Virus record (IMG/VR): IMGVR_UViG_3300042090_000199
Coordinates: 1 to 64,000 of that record
Direction: 5' to 3' (one strand)
DNA length: 64,000 bases
Source of the DNA: a virus
The notes under the pieces were generated by a model, which did no database searches, was not told the DNA's origin, and saw only the letters and a program-made list of their open reading frames with translations. Of this stretch, positions 1-8,385 are shown piece by piece (position 1 is the stretch's first letter; every line of letters begins with the position of its first letter). The position numbers were made by a program, and so were the translations under genes.

Positions 1-26
1 AAAAAAAAACAGTAACTAAATACGTT

Positions 27-104
27 CGGAATCCTAGCAGCAAACCCGGAATCCTAGCAGCAAAACTAGGAGCGCTCACCGCGGAACAAAGTTTCTAGCA
101 GCAA
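27..104 (+). repeat. Direct repeat CGGAATCCTAGCAGCAAA x2 (27-44, 47-64) plus partial copy CTAGCAGCAA (95-104)
   Basis: Exact 18-nt repeat with 20-nt period, read directly. Confidence 0.9.
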
Positions 105-130
105 GCGCAACAGGGAGCTAGTTAGGTTCC

Positions 131-178
131 CACAATGATCGGTTACGGTCGGTCGTTGCGGGTACCTAACCCGAAGGG
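131..178 (+). repeat. Early intergenic double-hairpin repeat, copy R0
   Basis: CACAATGATCGGT-TACG-GTCGGTCGTTGCG then CGGGT..CCCG, directly before RBS GAAGGGAG. Confidence 0.7.
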
Positions 179-190
179 AGAAACGGAACA

Positions 191-355
191 ATGAACGAAA
201 TGGTCGTAACGATGTTCGTGGCGGCGACGGACACCGAGCCTGCCTACACTAAGGTCGTTCGTGTCGAGTTCGACACGCCCGAGGCCATGGGAATAGCAGC
301 CAACGTGCTGTTCAGTGCCCAAGGAGTAACGAACGCAGAGTTCCTGCACGCCTGA
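191..355 (+). CDS. Small hypothetical protein (54 aa, MNEMVVTMF...)
   Basis: RBS GAAGGGAG, ATG 191, TGA 353-355; below ORF-track cutoff. Confidence 0.7.
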   Translation: MNEMVVTMFVAATDTEPAYTKVVRVEFDTPEAMGIAANVLFSAQGVTNAEFLHA

Positions 356-360
356 ACGAT

Positions 361-412
361 CACGATGACTGATCGAGTTCGGCTCGATCAGTTGTCGCGG
401 ACATTCAGTCCG
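361..412 (+). repeat. Early intergenic double-hairpin repeat, copy R1
   Basis: CACGATGACTGATCGAG/CTCGATCAGTTGTCGCG followed by CGGAC-ATTCA-GTCCG. Confidence 0.85.
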
Positions 413-442
413 ATCAAAAAGGAACCCAGAAAGGGAACTGTC

Positions 443-787
443 ATGAGGATCCGCAGCATCATCGCCACCGGAGCTACCCTCGCTGCTGTCGCCGGAAGCG
501 CGATCGCGTTCAGCGGGACGGCAAACGCGAGCACGCTGACGACGTGCACCGACAAGGTCACGCATCACGTGTCGGCGACCAGCAACTACGTCACGCACAA
601 GTGGGGATGTGGCAAGAACTACACCGAGACCGAGGTCGGCACGACGCAGTCGGCGACCGGCGCCCACTCGACGTTCTCCTGGACCAAGTGGGAGACGTAC
701 CCGTGCTGGACCAAGATCGAGACTCGGGACGCGTGGACCGCCAAGGGCACGTACACCCATACGGTCACGCACAGCAGCGCCTGCTAG
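443..787 (+). CDS. Secreted Thr/Cys-rich protein
   Basis: RBS AAAGGGA; Sec-type signal peptide MRIRSIIATGATLAAVAGSAIAFSGTANA|; strong GC3 bias. Confidence 0.8.
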   Translation: MRIRSIIATGATLAAVAGSAIAFSGTANASTLTTCTDKVTHHVSATSNYVTHKWGCGKNYTETEVGTTQSATGAHSTFSWTKWETYPCWTKIETRDAWTAKGTYTHTVTHSSAC

Positions 788-874
788 GGTGACCTGAACG
801 AGTGAGGTGGCGCACCGAGGAGCCCAGAACCTCGGTGCGCTGCCTGATCCGTTCAGGATCAAGAAGGGAGAATC

Positions 875-1276
875 ATGACCACGAAGCTGGTCAAGAAGCA
901 CAAGCGCGGAACGGCAACGTTCGAGTTGGGCATCAACACGCAAATGTGGTGCGAATTGTACGCGGCGCCGATTCAGGGCAAGCCGGATACCTACGAAGAC
1001 GAACACAAGCAGTTCGTGTTCGATCGGATTCGTTACCAGGAGGTCAGGGCCAAGCTCCTGAAGAAGTCGCAAGAGCTTCACGGCGACATCTACAGGAACA
1101 TGGGCTACGAGGCTGCAGGCCTAACCTATAGTCAGGTCACGTGGGCCATGGGACAGATCCCGCTCGACACGGTCACCGACAACAAGTACACTGCGACCGA
1201 GGATCTGCAGTTCCTGTATCAAGCGCTCGCCGAGATCTGGGAATGTCTGTTCGAGCTCGAGTCCGTGTTCGACTGA
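875..1276 (+). CDS. Hypothetical protein
   Basis: RBS GAAGGGAG, ORF track. Confidence 0.85.
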   Translation: MTTKLVKKHKRGTATFELGINTQMWCELYAAPIQGKPDTYEDEHKQFVFDRIRYQEVRAKLLKKSQELHGDIYRNMGYEAAGLTYSQVTWAMGQIPLDTVTDNKYTATEDLQFLYQALAEIWECLFELESVFD

Positions 1277-1494
1277 TGGTCGAGGGTCGATTCGAAATCG
1301 ATGGTCTCAACTGTCAGGACGCGCACGTTCGCGAACTTCGGAGCGGTCGTCCAGGCACCTTGAGGTACGGATGGGCAGTGGCTCCTGATGGACGCAGATA
1401 TCAACACTGCTGGATCCAAACTCCGGAAGGTCAGGTTGATGACCTGTTCGGCTGGACGGAGCATGAAGACCTAGGAGAAAGATACTGGAAGTGA
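1276..1494 (+). CDS. Hypothetical protein (MVEGRFEID...)
   Basis: TGATG stop/start coupling with upstream gene. Confidence 0.7.
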   Translation: MVEGRFEIDGLNCQDAHVRELRSGRPGTLRYGWAVAPDGRRYQHCWIQTPEGQVDDLFGWTEHEDLGERYWK

Positions 1495-1569
1495 TCACGC
1501 TGACTAAGCGGCGTGGTGCACCGGATTCGTTCGGTGTGCCGCGCGGTCTAGTTAGAAGGGAAAAAGACC

Positions 1570-1866
1570 ATGACCGGAGCAATTCCTCCTTACGGAGGCG
1601 ACTTCACTCGACAGCGTGCAGGCTCGTGGTGTCGCGGCTACAGCAACACCCTATACTGCTGGAAGGGTAACACCGAGTACTACTTGCGGTCCGACGACAC
1701 TAGCAAGCGGTGGTGGATCTTCCGCAGGGACGAGATCATCAGGGACGCGAGCTGCGATGTTCAGCTCTCCGAACAGCCTTACTCGTCGCTTACGAAAGCG
1801 ATGAACGGATTCCGAGAGGCAGCCAAGGCGCTTCGTCTCACGGACGAAAGGACCAAGAAGTCATGA
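1570..1866 (+). CDS. Hypothetical protein
   Basis: RBS GAAGGGA, ORF track. Confidence 0.8.
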   Translation: MTGAIPPYGGDFTRQRAGSWCRGYSNTLYCWKGNTEYYLRSDDTSKRWWIFRRDEIIRDASCDVQLSEQPYSSLTKAMNGFREAAKALRLTDERTKKS

Positions 1867-2327
1867 GCACCGTTATCGTCATGTGGTGTCCAGACGATCG
1901 CGGAGCCAAGCCTGTCGGAACTGTCGACAACGTCGATGCAGGCAAGGAGTGGTGCCAGGCTCAAGCCAACCGCTTGGCACAAGACGTCCTGCCGCTGCTC
2001 GAGTGGCAGCATTATCTGTCACGAGGCACCGGACCAAGCACAGCACACTACGTTTCGTCCTGGGACGATCGCTACGGTGCATTCGAGATCTGGATCGTAG
2101 GGTCGCTGAAGACCGAGCGTGCGAACGACGAGGTCTACGGAACGCAGCTGCGTGTCGGCGATATTGTCCCTGGAGTAGGGACAGTCGTAGACACGGCATA
2201 CGAAGGGACGAGCTGGTACCGTGTGATTTACGAAGGCGAACACAGTCGACGAACCCTCAAGTACAAGAACGGCGACAAGGTACGAGTCAGCCTGGAGCTG
2301 GCAGCGTACATTCGGGCCAACCGTTAG
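1863..2327 (+). CDS. Hypothetical protein (MSTVIVMWC...)
   Basis: ATGA overlap with upstream stop. Confidence 0.75.
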   Translation: MSTVIVMWCPDDRGAKPVGTVDNVDAGKEWCQAQANRLAQDVLPLLEWQHYLSRGTGPSTAHYVSSWDDRYGAFEIWIVGSLKTERANDEVYGTQLRVGDIVPGVGTVVDTAYEGTSWYRVIYEGEHSRRTLKYKNGDKVRVSLELAAYIRANR

Positions 2328-2335
2328 GAGTCGAC

Positions 2336-2494
2336 ATGAGCACATGTGAAGAATGCGGCGCACGAGTCCAGGAGAACATGGACGGCGAGATCGTTCATGC
2401 ACGTGCGGGTACGATCGAGTGTCCTCCGGTACCTTTCTCTGAAGATCCCGTGCAGATGCTTCTGAACGTAATGCACGAGGTCCTCGAAGACTGA
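2336..2494 (+). CDS. Small CxxC protein (MSTCEECG...)
   Basis: RBS AGGAG, fills the gap. Confidence 0.7.
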   Translation: MSTCEECGARVQENMDGEIVHARAGTIECPPVPFSEDPVQMLLNVMHEVLED

Positions 2495-2498
2495 TATT

Positions 2499-2550
2499 CA
2501 CGGTGGTCGATCGAGTGTCGCTCGATCGGCTGCCGCGGACATTCAGTCCG
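2499..2550 (+). repeat. Early intergenic double-hairpin repeat, copy R2
   Basis: CACGGTGGTCGATCGAG/CTCGATCGGCTGCCGCG then CGGACATTCAGTCCG. Confidence 0.85.
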
Positions 2551-2566
2551 GGAAGGGAGCCAAGAA

Positions 2567-2929
2567 ATGGACAACGAGGAGCGGACTGATAGTCCGACAA
2601 CCCCGATACCGCCTGAGTGTGCCGAAGTGTGCGTGCACTTCGGATACCCTCACGGCACACGAGTGATTCGTGAAGGTGTTTCGGAGGAGCCTCAGATCGA
2701 GGACACGACCTACGGGGACGGCGACGTGATCGCAACGTTCCATAAGGTTACGTTCGTGAACGTCGAAGGTGACGCGGTCACTGCCGATATCAGGATCGTC
2801 GCCGAAGAGTTCAGCCAGCTAGTCGAGTTCGCATACGCGTGCGGAACGTGCGAGACAGTCAACTGGATCGGTGTCGGTCTAGATCCCGGCGAGTACAGGT
2901 GTGCCAGCTGCGCCTTGTGGCTCACATGA
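2567..2929 (+). CDS. Hypothetical protein with C-terminal Zn ribbon
   Basis: RBS GAAGGGAG; CGTC...CASC. Confidence 0.8.
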   Translation: MDNEERTDSPTTPIPPECAEVCVHFGYPHGTRVIREGVSEEPQIEDTTYGDGDVIATFHKVTFVNVEGDAVTADIRIVAEEFSQLVEFAYACGTCETVNWIGVGLDPGEYRCASCALWLT

Positions 2930-3042
2930 AGCGCTGGTTCCGCGAGCTCCTGCTTCGGTGGGAGCTCGCGTACGGCGGAATCCTCCTGGCAATGGAGGGC
3001 ATGAAAGAAATGGACGAAGCCTGTAAGAACCAGCAGGCCTGA
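2926..3042 (+). CDS. Small hypothetical protein (MKRWFRELL...)
   Basis: ATGA overlap. Confidence 0.6.
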   Translation: MKRWFRELLLRWELAYGGILLAMEGMKEMDEACKNQQA

Positions 3043-3046
3043 CGCC

Positions 3047-3107
3047 CACGATGGTCGATCGAGTGCCCAGATTCGATCGACTGTCGCGGACGCCAAGCTG
3101 GTGTTCG
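3047..3107 (+). repeat. Early intergenic double-hairpin repeat, copy R3 (GCCCAG loop)
   Basis: CACGATGGTCGATCGAG-TGCCCAGA-TTCGATCGACTGTCGCG then CGGACGCCA/TGGTGTTCG. Confidence 0.85.
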
Positions 3108-3119
3108 GGGAAGGGAAAA

Positions 3120-3389
3120 ATGGGAATCCAGTTCAATGCCCTCGAGGGCGCACGCGAGTTCACGGACCAAGACCGGCGCAAGGTCCTCAAGGTTCTCGCG
3201 GACGTCGTTCACGAGATCCAGGACGCGCACAGGCTCGACGGGATGTTCGAGCCTTACGCTGAGATCGTCCACATGGTTCTGACGGACGACCGCATCGCGC
3301 GGAACTTCAAGGACGCGCGAGAGGAAGAGGCGCGCGGCAGGCACGAGCGCGCGGAAGACCATCACGGAACGCGTGACCACTTCATCTGA
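3120..3389 (+). CDS. Hypothetical protein (MGIQFNALE...)
   Basis: RBS GAAGGGA. Confidence 0.8.
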   Translation: MGIQFNALEGAREFTDQDRRKVLKVLADVVHEIQDAHRLDGMFEPYAEIVHMVLTDDRIARNFKDAREEEARGRHERAEDHHGTRDHFI

Positions 3390-3393
3390 CGAT

Positions 3394-3443
3394 CACGATG
3401 GCGATCGAGCTACGGCTCGATCGTCGTCGCGGACGTCAGTCCG
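3394..3443 (+). repeat. Early intergenic double-hairpin repeat, copy R4
   Basis: CACGATGGCGATCGAGC/GCTCGATCGTCGTCGCG then CGGACGTCAGTCCG. Confidence 0.85.
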
Positions 3444-3460
3444 GAAAGAAGGGAAACAAT

Positions 3461-3745
3461 GTGACTCCCAAGGAGAAGGTCGCCATAATTGAGGCGTGCT
3501 GGCTAGGAGCTCGCTCCGGTCCGCACTGCTTCATCGATGACGACGAACACTACCCGAGCTGGTTCGAGACAGTTCATCCAGACGGGATGTTCTGGTACTA
3601 CGATCAGTACCAGAGTGCGGTCCTAGAAATGGGCGGACTGCGAATTCCGCTCACGACACGCTGGATACTCTGCCCTGAGCACGAGTATCTTGCGAAAGAA
3701 GAAGTAGAAGGGAAGGCCGAAGATGGTCAAGCCCTTGGAGTGTAA
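3461..3745 (+). CDS. Hypothetical protein
   Basis: GTG start after RBS GAAGGGA. Confidence 0.7.
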   Translation: MTPKEKVAIIEACWLGARSGPHCFIDDDEHYPSWFETVHPDGMFWYYDQYQSAVLEMGGLRIPLTTRWILCPEHEYLAKEEVEGKAEDGQALGV

Positions 3746-3965
3746 CTGGTGCGGACTAGACGAGCCAATCATGTACACGCTCCTCGAAGACGTTATCCAG
3801 TTCGAGGACGGCTCGTATCACCCGTCATGCAAGGTGTCCTACGACGGGTATGCTAAGGTACGTGACGCTATCGCAGCGTTGCCTAAGGGCGATGCTGCAG
3901 GACTTGAAGACCTCATCAGGGAGGACCTCCGGAACAAGATCGAGAAGGATGAGGAAGATGCCTGA
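3723..3965 (+). CDS. Hypothetical protein
   Basis: ORF track, RBS GGAAGG. Confidence 0.75.
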   Translation: MVKPLECNWCGLDEPIMYTLLEDVIQFEDGSYHPSCKVSYDGYAKVRDAIAALPKGDAAGLEDLIREDLRNKIEKDEEDA

Positions 3966-4143
3966 CCTTAAGGCCGGCGACAGGGCGATCTATCACGTCA
4001 AGGACGTCGAGGCACTCTCAGCACCTGTCCAGATCGACGAAGTCCTCGGCGACGACACCTACGCAGTAAGGTTCCTCGGTGACGACGAGATCTTCACCAC
4101 ATCAGGAGACCAGCTGACCGAGATGCGAGACAGGATGCACTAG
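3958..4143 (+). CDS. Small hypothetical protein, possibly an SH3-like beta-barrel
   Basis: 8-nt overlap; LKAGDRAIY...YAVRF pattern. Confidence 0.7.
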   Translation: MPDLKAGDRAIYHVKDVEALSAPVQIDEVLGDDTYAVRFLGDDEIFTTSGDQLTEMRDRMH

Positions 4144-4161
4144 GAGAGGAGGTGTCACGCG

Positions 4162-4329
4162 ATGCCTGAACAACGTGATTTGCAGTCCTTCAAAGGAAAG
4201 CACCATCACGTGTACTACTTCCAAGGACGCAGGCACGTGATATTCCGAGGGAAACTTCTCCGGTCGATGCGGGTATTCCAGTGGTTCGAGTCACAGGAGT
4301 GCTACCGGGAGATATTCGATCGGTTCTAG
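4162..4329 (+). CDS. Small hypothetical protein (MPEQRDLQ...)
   Basis: Strong RBS AGGAGGTG; 55 codons. Confidence 0.65.
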   Translation: MPEQRDLQSFKGKHHHVYYFQGRRHVIFRGKLLRSMRVFQWFESQECYREIFDRF

Positions 4330-4431
4330 GAAGTCAAGTCCTGACCACTACGGTGAGATACGTTCCGCGAGGGCGTATCTTGCCGTGGTCGCCAGAATCA
4401 GGAAGGCCAAAAAGATCTTGCTCTTGGAGAC

Positions 4432-4461
4432 TAGCTTTTGCAATGGGATGTGTAATATAAT
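4432..4461 (+). promoter_or_regulatory. Sigma70/HrdB-type phage promoter TAGCTT-N18-TATAAT
   Basis: Same geometry recurs at 7 other intergenic AT-rich sites. Confidence 0.8.
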
Positions 4462-4574
4462 AAAAAGAAACAACGCTTGCTCTTGGGTACCTTCCTTGCA
4501 GTCCGTGCTCCAGTTATCCACCCCGTTCTGGAGCACGGTCTGGAGGGAAGATCCTCCAGAAGGGAGCAAGCAAG

Positions 4575-4769
4575 ATGTCCAAGCCGTTGAAGCATCACAG
4601 CAGGGAGTTCCTGGATAAGGCTCCGTGGGAGACGCTTGAGAAGATCATGGACAATCCAGACGAGTACGTCGATGGTACTGTTCAGGTGGCCTGCCAGGTC
4701 TTCGAGCAGCGTCGGGCGGACGAGATGGCTTCGTCCGACGCGATCGCCGCATTCTTCGAGAACCTGTAA
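4575..4769 (+). CDS. Hypothetical protein
   Basis: RBS GAAGGGAG; first gene after promoter. Confidence 0.8.
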   Translation: MSKPLKHHSREFLDKAPWETLEKIMDNPDEYVDGTVQVACQVFEQRRADEMASSDAIAAFFENL

Positions 4770-4780
4770 CGGAGGGTAAC

Positions 4781-5128
4781 ATGCCTCTTCACACGCAGGT
4801 TATCAGGGACGGCGAATCGGTAAAGATTCCATGGGGAGACTTCCACGTCGCGGCTATGGCTCTAGCGGCCGCCTTCGATGCTAAGGAAGGCCCGCTAGGA
4901 GACATGACCAAGATCTATGCGGACGAACTTCACGTTCATCCGCACATGCCGTATCCGATCACGCGAGGCGTGGCCTTCATGGTAACTACCTACGGTGCAC
5001 TCGCACAGACGCCGCTGAACGCGGGCAGCTACGTCCTCAAGCACGGTCACTCGTTCATCGATCTCGTCGATGGCGAGATCTTCGAACTCCTTCCCGGAGA
5101 CGAACTAATCATGTATCGAGGCTTCTGA
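4781..5128 (+). CDS. Hypothetical protein
   Basis: RBS GGAGG. Confidence 0.8.
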   Translation: MPLHTQVIRDGESVKIPWGDFHVAAMALAAAFDAKEGPLGDMTKIYADELHVHPHMPYPITRGVAFMVTTYGALAQTPLNAGSYVLKHGHSFIDLVDGEIFELLPGDELIMYRGF

Positions 5129-5502
5129 TGGACGAGTTCGAGGAAGCCAAGGAATTCCTGGATAAGCTCTGGACCGAACACGTCGAGGAAGCAAAGCAGC
5201 ACGAACTCAATGTTCCGAAGCTGGATCCTATGGGACGTATCCAGGACTTCTTCTTGTATGTCACAAACATCTCAACGTACTGCTACATCCACAACAGAAA
5301 CGAGATAGCAAGACCTGACGGAAGGGTGTGCTTCGAATGCGAGCACAGCTACCCGAACGACGAGGCTATCAGGGAAGCTTTCCAGAAGATGCTTAAGCAA
5401 GTCGGTGAGGAAGGTCAGATTCTTCCGAACTCGATCGTGGTGCTAAAAGGTGACACGGTCGATGATATCGGGTTCTGCCCGCTCTGTCTTCACGACTGGT
5501 GA
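5128..5502 (+). CDS. Hypothetical Zn-binding protein
   Basis: TGATG coupling; CxxH, CFEC, CPLC. Confidence 0.8.
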   Translation: MDEFEEAKEFLDKLWTEHVEEAKQHELNVPKLDPMGRIQDFFLYVTNISTYCYIHNRNEIARPDGRVCFECEHSYPNDEAIREAFQKMLKQVGEEGQILPNSIVVLKGDTVDDIGFCPLCLHDW

Positions 5503-5599
5503 TGGACATTCGTGCTGAATCGCCCAGCTTCAGCACGGATGCCTGACACTAGGTCAGGTACACCGGTAACGTCCGGTCAAGGGTCGAGGAGACCAAAAA

Positions 5600-5920
5600 A
5601 TGAAGAGCATCGGCAACGACACCGTGCAGGCGATGAAGCCAGCTCCGAAGGGCATTCGTCTGCCCGCCACGACCGATCTTTTCGTCTTCATCGCCGAGAA
5701 GACGGCCCAGGTCAATCAGGCGTGGAACGACGCCGACGACATCAAGATGTTCTGGAGCTCGCTCGACGAGCTCGGGTTCATCAAGAAGATCGACGGCGAC
5801 GACGAGAAGTACGGCGAGCGCAAGTTCGTCGGCTTCCCTGTGAGGAACAACGAGTTCCGCATCTCGGTCGTCCGCAAGGGCAGCGTCGTGTCGATCGACC
5901 TGCGCGAGTGGTACCTGTAG
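5600..5920 (+). CDS. PC4/YdbC-like ssDNA-binding protein
   Basis: C-terminal RISVVRKGSVVSIDLREWY resembles the PC4 D-I/L-R-E-W-Y motif; strong codon bias. Confidence 0.5.
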   Translation: MKSIGNDTVQAMKPAPKGIRLPATTDLFVFIAEKTAQVNQAWNDADDIKMFWSSLDELGFIKKIDGDDEKYGERKFVGFPVRNNEFRISVVRKGSVVSIDLREWYL

Positions 5921-5922
5921 TC

Positions 5923-6078
5923 ATGAAGGACTTCAGGGTCACGATCTACAGTCCTGCAGACCGTCAGGAGCAGGTCCACACCATGACTGTCGATCCGAAC
6001 CAACAGCTGGCAGCTATCAAGCTCCTGATAGACAGCATGGAGCCTGGTGCCTGGTTCAAGATCGAGCGCATGTCATGA
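5923..6078 (+). CDS. Small hypothetical protein (MKDFRV...)
   Basis: Fills gap; ATGA overlap downstream. Confidence 0.65.
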   Translation: MKDFRVTIYSPADRQEQVHTMTVDPNQQLAAIKLLIDSMEPGAWFKIERMS

Positions 6079-6347
6079 ACGACCAGGATCTCCTGGCTGT
6101 AGTCCTCCGTGTCGAAGACTGGCAGCGAATTCGAGACGAACTCCTCGAAGACGCTGACTCGCAGTCCTGCGGACCTGCAGAGACGGCCTACCACGAGGAC
6201 GAGCCTCCGGATCCGGAAGGCAAGGTCCACAGAGCCGCATACGACCACGACTACCAGCGCACGCCGGCACACAGCTGCGCTGCTGGAACGCGTCGTGCTG
6301 CGGACACTATCCACCAGACCCCCCTACAGCACGGCTGGACCCAGTAG
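6075..6347 (+). CDS. Hypothetical protein
   Basis: ATGA overlap, ORF track. Confidence 0.65.
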   Translation: MNDQDLLAVVLRVEDWQRIRDELLEDADSQSCGPAETAYHEDEPPDPEGKVHRAAYDHDYQRTPAHSCAAGTRRAADTIHQTPLQHGWTQ

Positions 6348-6417
6348 GTCCTTCCATGCGGGTCGTCCTCGGTATTCCCTTCCCGAGGGCGGCTCGGAAG
6401 GAAGGAGGTGAAACGAA

Positions 6418-6720
6418 ATGGCTAGTACGTGCAATACGTGCGGAACCAAGCACAAGCCGGGAGAGTGTCCGATGGTAGACGGGAGCACAGGGCGAAAGAA
6501 GCAAAAAGGTCGGCCCAGACCAGCGGCTCCTCCAGGACCCTGTCCGAAGTCAAGAAGCGGACAGCATGTATATGGCTTTCGTGCATGGGTTTACGTAAAT
6601 CAGAGCCTGTGCTCCCGAGAGCAGTACTGCAAGGAGTGCGGAAAGACGACCGGCCGCTCAAACACCGGCCACTCGCTCGATCGAAAGAACAAGTGTCAGC
6701 AGTGCGGCCACCAGTTCTGA
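6418..6720 (+). CDS. Basic Cys/His-rich (multi Zn-finger) protein
   Basis: RBS AGGAGGTG; CxxCxxxHxxxxC, CKEC, CQQC. Confidence 0.75.
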   Translation: MASTCNTCGTKHKPGECPMVDGSTGRKKQKGRPRPAAPPGPCPKSRSGQHVYGFRAWVYVNQSLCSREQYCKECGKTTGRSNTGHSLDRKNKCQQCGHQF

Positions 6721-6803
6721 CAGGCACTTCTAGTGCAGGTCGTACTCGAACGCCCAGTCGAGTACGGCTTGGAAGAGAAGTACTCTTCCAAGAAGGGAGA
6801 ATC

Positions 6804-6971
6804 ATGGCTGACAAGACGCCGAGCGGTATCGGCAAGGCGATGAAGTTCTTTGGTCGCCTGCAGGGACAGTCGCTGAGCGCGTTCAAGGAGGAGTGGGATG
6901 CGTTGTCGGTCGAGTCGAAGGCGCAGATAACGGCCGGACTGTCCGGGGACGAGCCCTCGCTCACGTACTGA
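6804..6971 (+). CDS. Small hypothetical protein (MADKTPSG...)
   Basis: RBS GAAGGGAG. Confidence 0.75.
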   Translation: MADKTPSGIGKAMKFFGRLQGQSLSAFKEEWDALSVESKAQITAGLSGDEPSLTY

Positions 6972-7026
6972 TCTCCAGTGCGGATCGCTCTCAGGAAACT
7001 GAGAGCGGTTCGGAAAGGAGATAGGA

Positions 7027-7221
7027 ATGGCGAATAACAGTACACCTGAAGCAACAACCATTCTCCAGCGCCTACTCAGGCTGTCGGACAGCGATCTGCG
7101 CAACGCCCTAGGCATCGCGCTCGAATACTCCGACAAGTTCCATGGAAAGGGAGGTCCTCCAGGTAATCGTTTCATGGAGCAGATCAAGTTCGGGCTAGCA
7201 GAAGTCGAACCGGAGACCTGA
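7027..7221 (+). CDS. Hypothetical protein
   Basis: RBS AAGGAG. Confidence 0.75.
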   Translation: MANNSTPEATTILQRLLRLSDSDLRNALGIALEYSDKFHGKGGPPGNRFMEQIKFGLAEVEPET

Positions 7222-7222
7222 C

Positions 7223-7594
7223 GTGGAAACGTGCTATGTCGATAAAGACCATCGCGGGATAGCAGATCTGGTGCGTCCTGGCGAGCTAACGCCGAACTGG
7301 ACGATCACGCGGATCAATATCCCGTACGTACACAGAGGCAACGGTTACGGATCCGCTCTCCTCAAGCGTATCCTCGCAGATGCCGACAAGGAACAAGCAG
7401 TCCTGCAGCTAGAGGTCTTCCCCACAGGTGCCTTGAACTACGCTGAACTGGTAGCATGGTACGAGCGTAACGGCTTCGTCATGCAGGCGACAGGCTACAT
7501 GCGGAGGCCACCGCATCGTCACGATACGCGAGGAGTAGACTACTCCTGCTACGGCTGTAAAGACCCGACTAAAGCTAGCGAGTACGGCAAGTAA
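7223..7594 (+). CDS. GNAT-family acetyltransferase
   Basis: Acetyl-CoA motif HRGNGYGSALL and WYERNGF. Confidence 0.85.
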   Translation: METCYVDKDHRGIADLVRPGELTPNWTITRINIPYVHRGNGYGSALLKRILADADKEQAVLQLEVFPTGALNYAELVAWYERNGFVMQATGYMRRPPHRHDTRGVDYSCYGCKDPTKASEYGK

Positions 7595-7626
7595 GAAAGT
7601 TTATTGGGAAAACTTCAACTGGAGGC

Positions 7627-7656
7627 TAGCTTTCACCAGCGGAGCCAGCGTAAAAT
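7627..7656 (+). promoter_or_regulatory. Phage promoter TAGCTT-N18-TAAAAT
   Basis: Matches the recurring promoter geometry. Confidence 0.7.
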
Positions 7657-7773
7657 AAAAAGAAAAGGCAATTGCAAGAACCTGCGGGTGCGGTTCGTCT
7701 TCGGCTACGAAGGCGGATCGGACCACCACGGTCCAAGCGAACTAGTACGAACCACAACCTAAGGAGAGCCGAA

Positions 7774-8385
7774 ATGGCTGCTACCCGTACTGCGACTCGT
7801 AACCGCCGTCACGTCGCCGAGGAGACCCCCGAGGTCGAGACCCCCAAGGACGAGACCATCGAGGTCGAGGCCCCCAAGGACGAGACCGACGAGATCGCCT
7901 TCGACGACGGCGACGAGGTCGACGACCCCGAGGACGACGACGAGGCCGACGAGGACGAGGACGACGACGAGGACGAGGTCGACGACAAGGTCGAGACCAA
8001 GACCGAGCCTGTCAAGCCCACGCCTCACTCGCCAGTCACGCCCTTCCAGGCCTGCAAGCGTCTCAACGAGGCGCTCAAGGCCGCAGGCGTCAACAAGGTC
8101 ATCCAGGGCCCGATGATGTACACCTACGCCTCCAAGGGTAAGTTCAAGACGCGCTCGGCGACCAAGATCACCGCGAAGGGGATCTCCAAGCAGGTCCTCG
8201 AGATCGACGAGGAGTCCTTCACCGCCTGGATGACGGACTACATCGCCAGCGTCGTGGGCAAGAACGTCAACAAGGCCCAGCTCCAGAAGGTCGCCGACGA
8301 CGAGGCTGCGAAGGTCGACGTCGCCGAGGACCACGAGGACGACGGCGTCACGACGGGCGAGATCGAGGCCAGCGAGGCCGAGTGA
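7774..8385 (+). CDS. Highly acidic, probably highly expressed protein
   Basis: RBS AAGGAG; D/E tract; extreme GC3 bias. Confidence 0.85.
   Translation: MAATRTATRNRRHVAEETPEVETPKDETIEVEAPKDETDEIAFDDGDEVDDPEDDDEADEDEDDDEDEVDDKVETKTEPVKPTPHSPVTPFQACKRLNEALKAAGVNKVIQGPMMYTYASKGKFKTRSATKITAKGISKQVLEIDEESFTAWMTDYIASVVGKNVNKAQLQKVADDEAAKVDVAEDHEDDGVTTGEIEASEAE

Noticed and set aside
7900-7990. GAC/GAG low-complexity tract as a DNA repeat element
   Set aside because: It simply encodes the Asp/Glu tract of the acidic protein; the same applies to the scaffold gene near 60700-60800.
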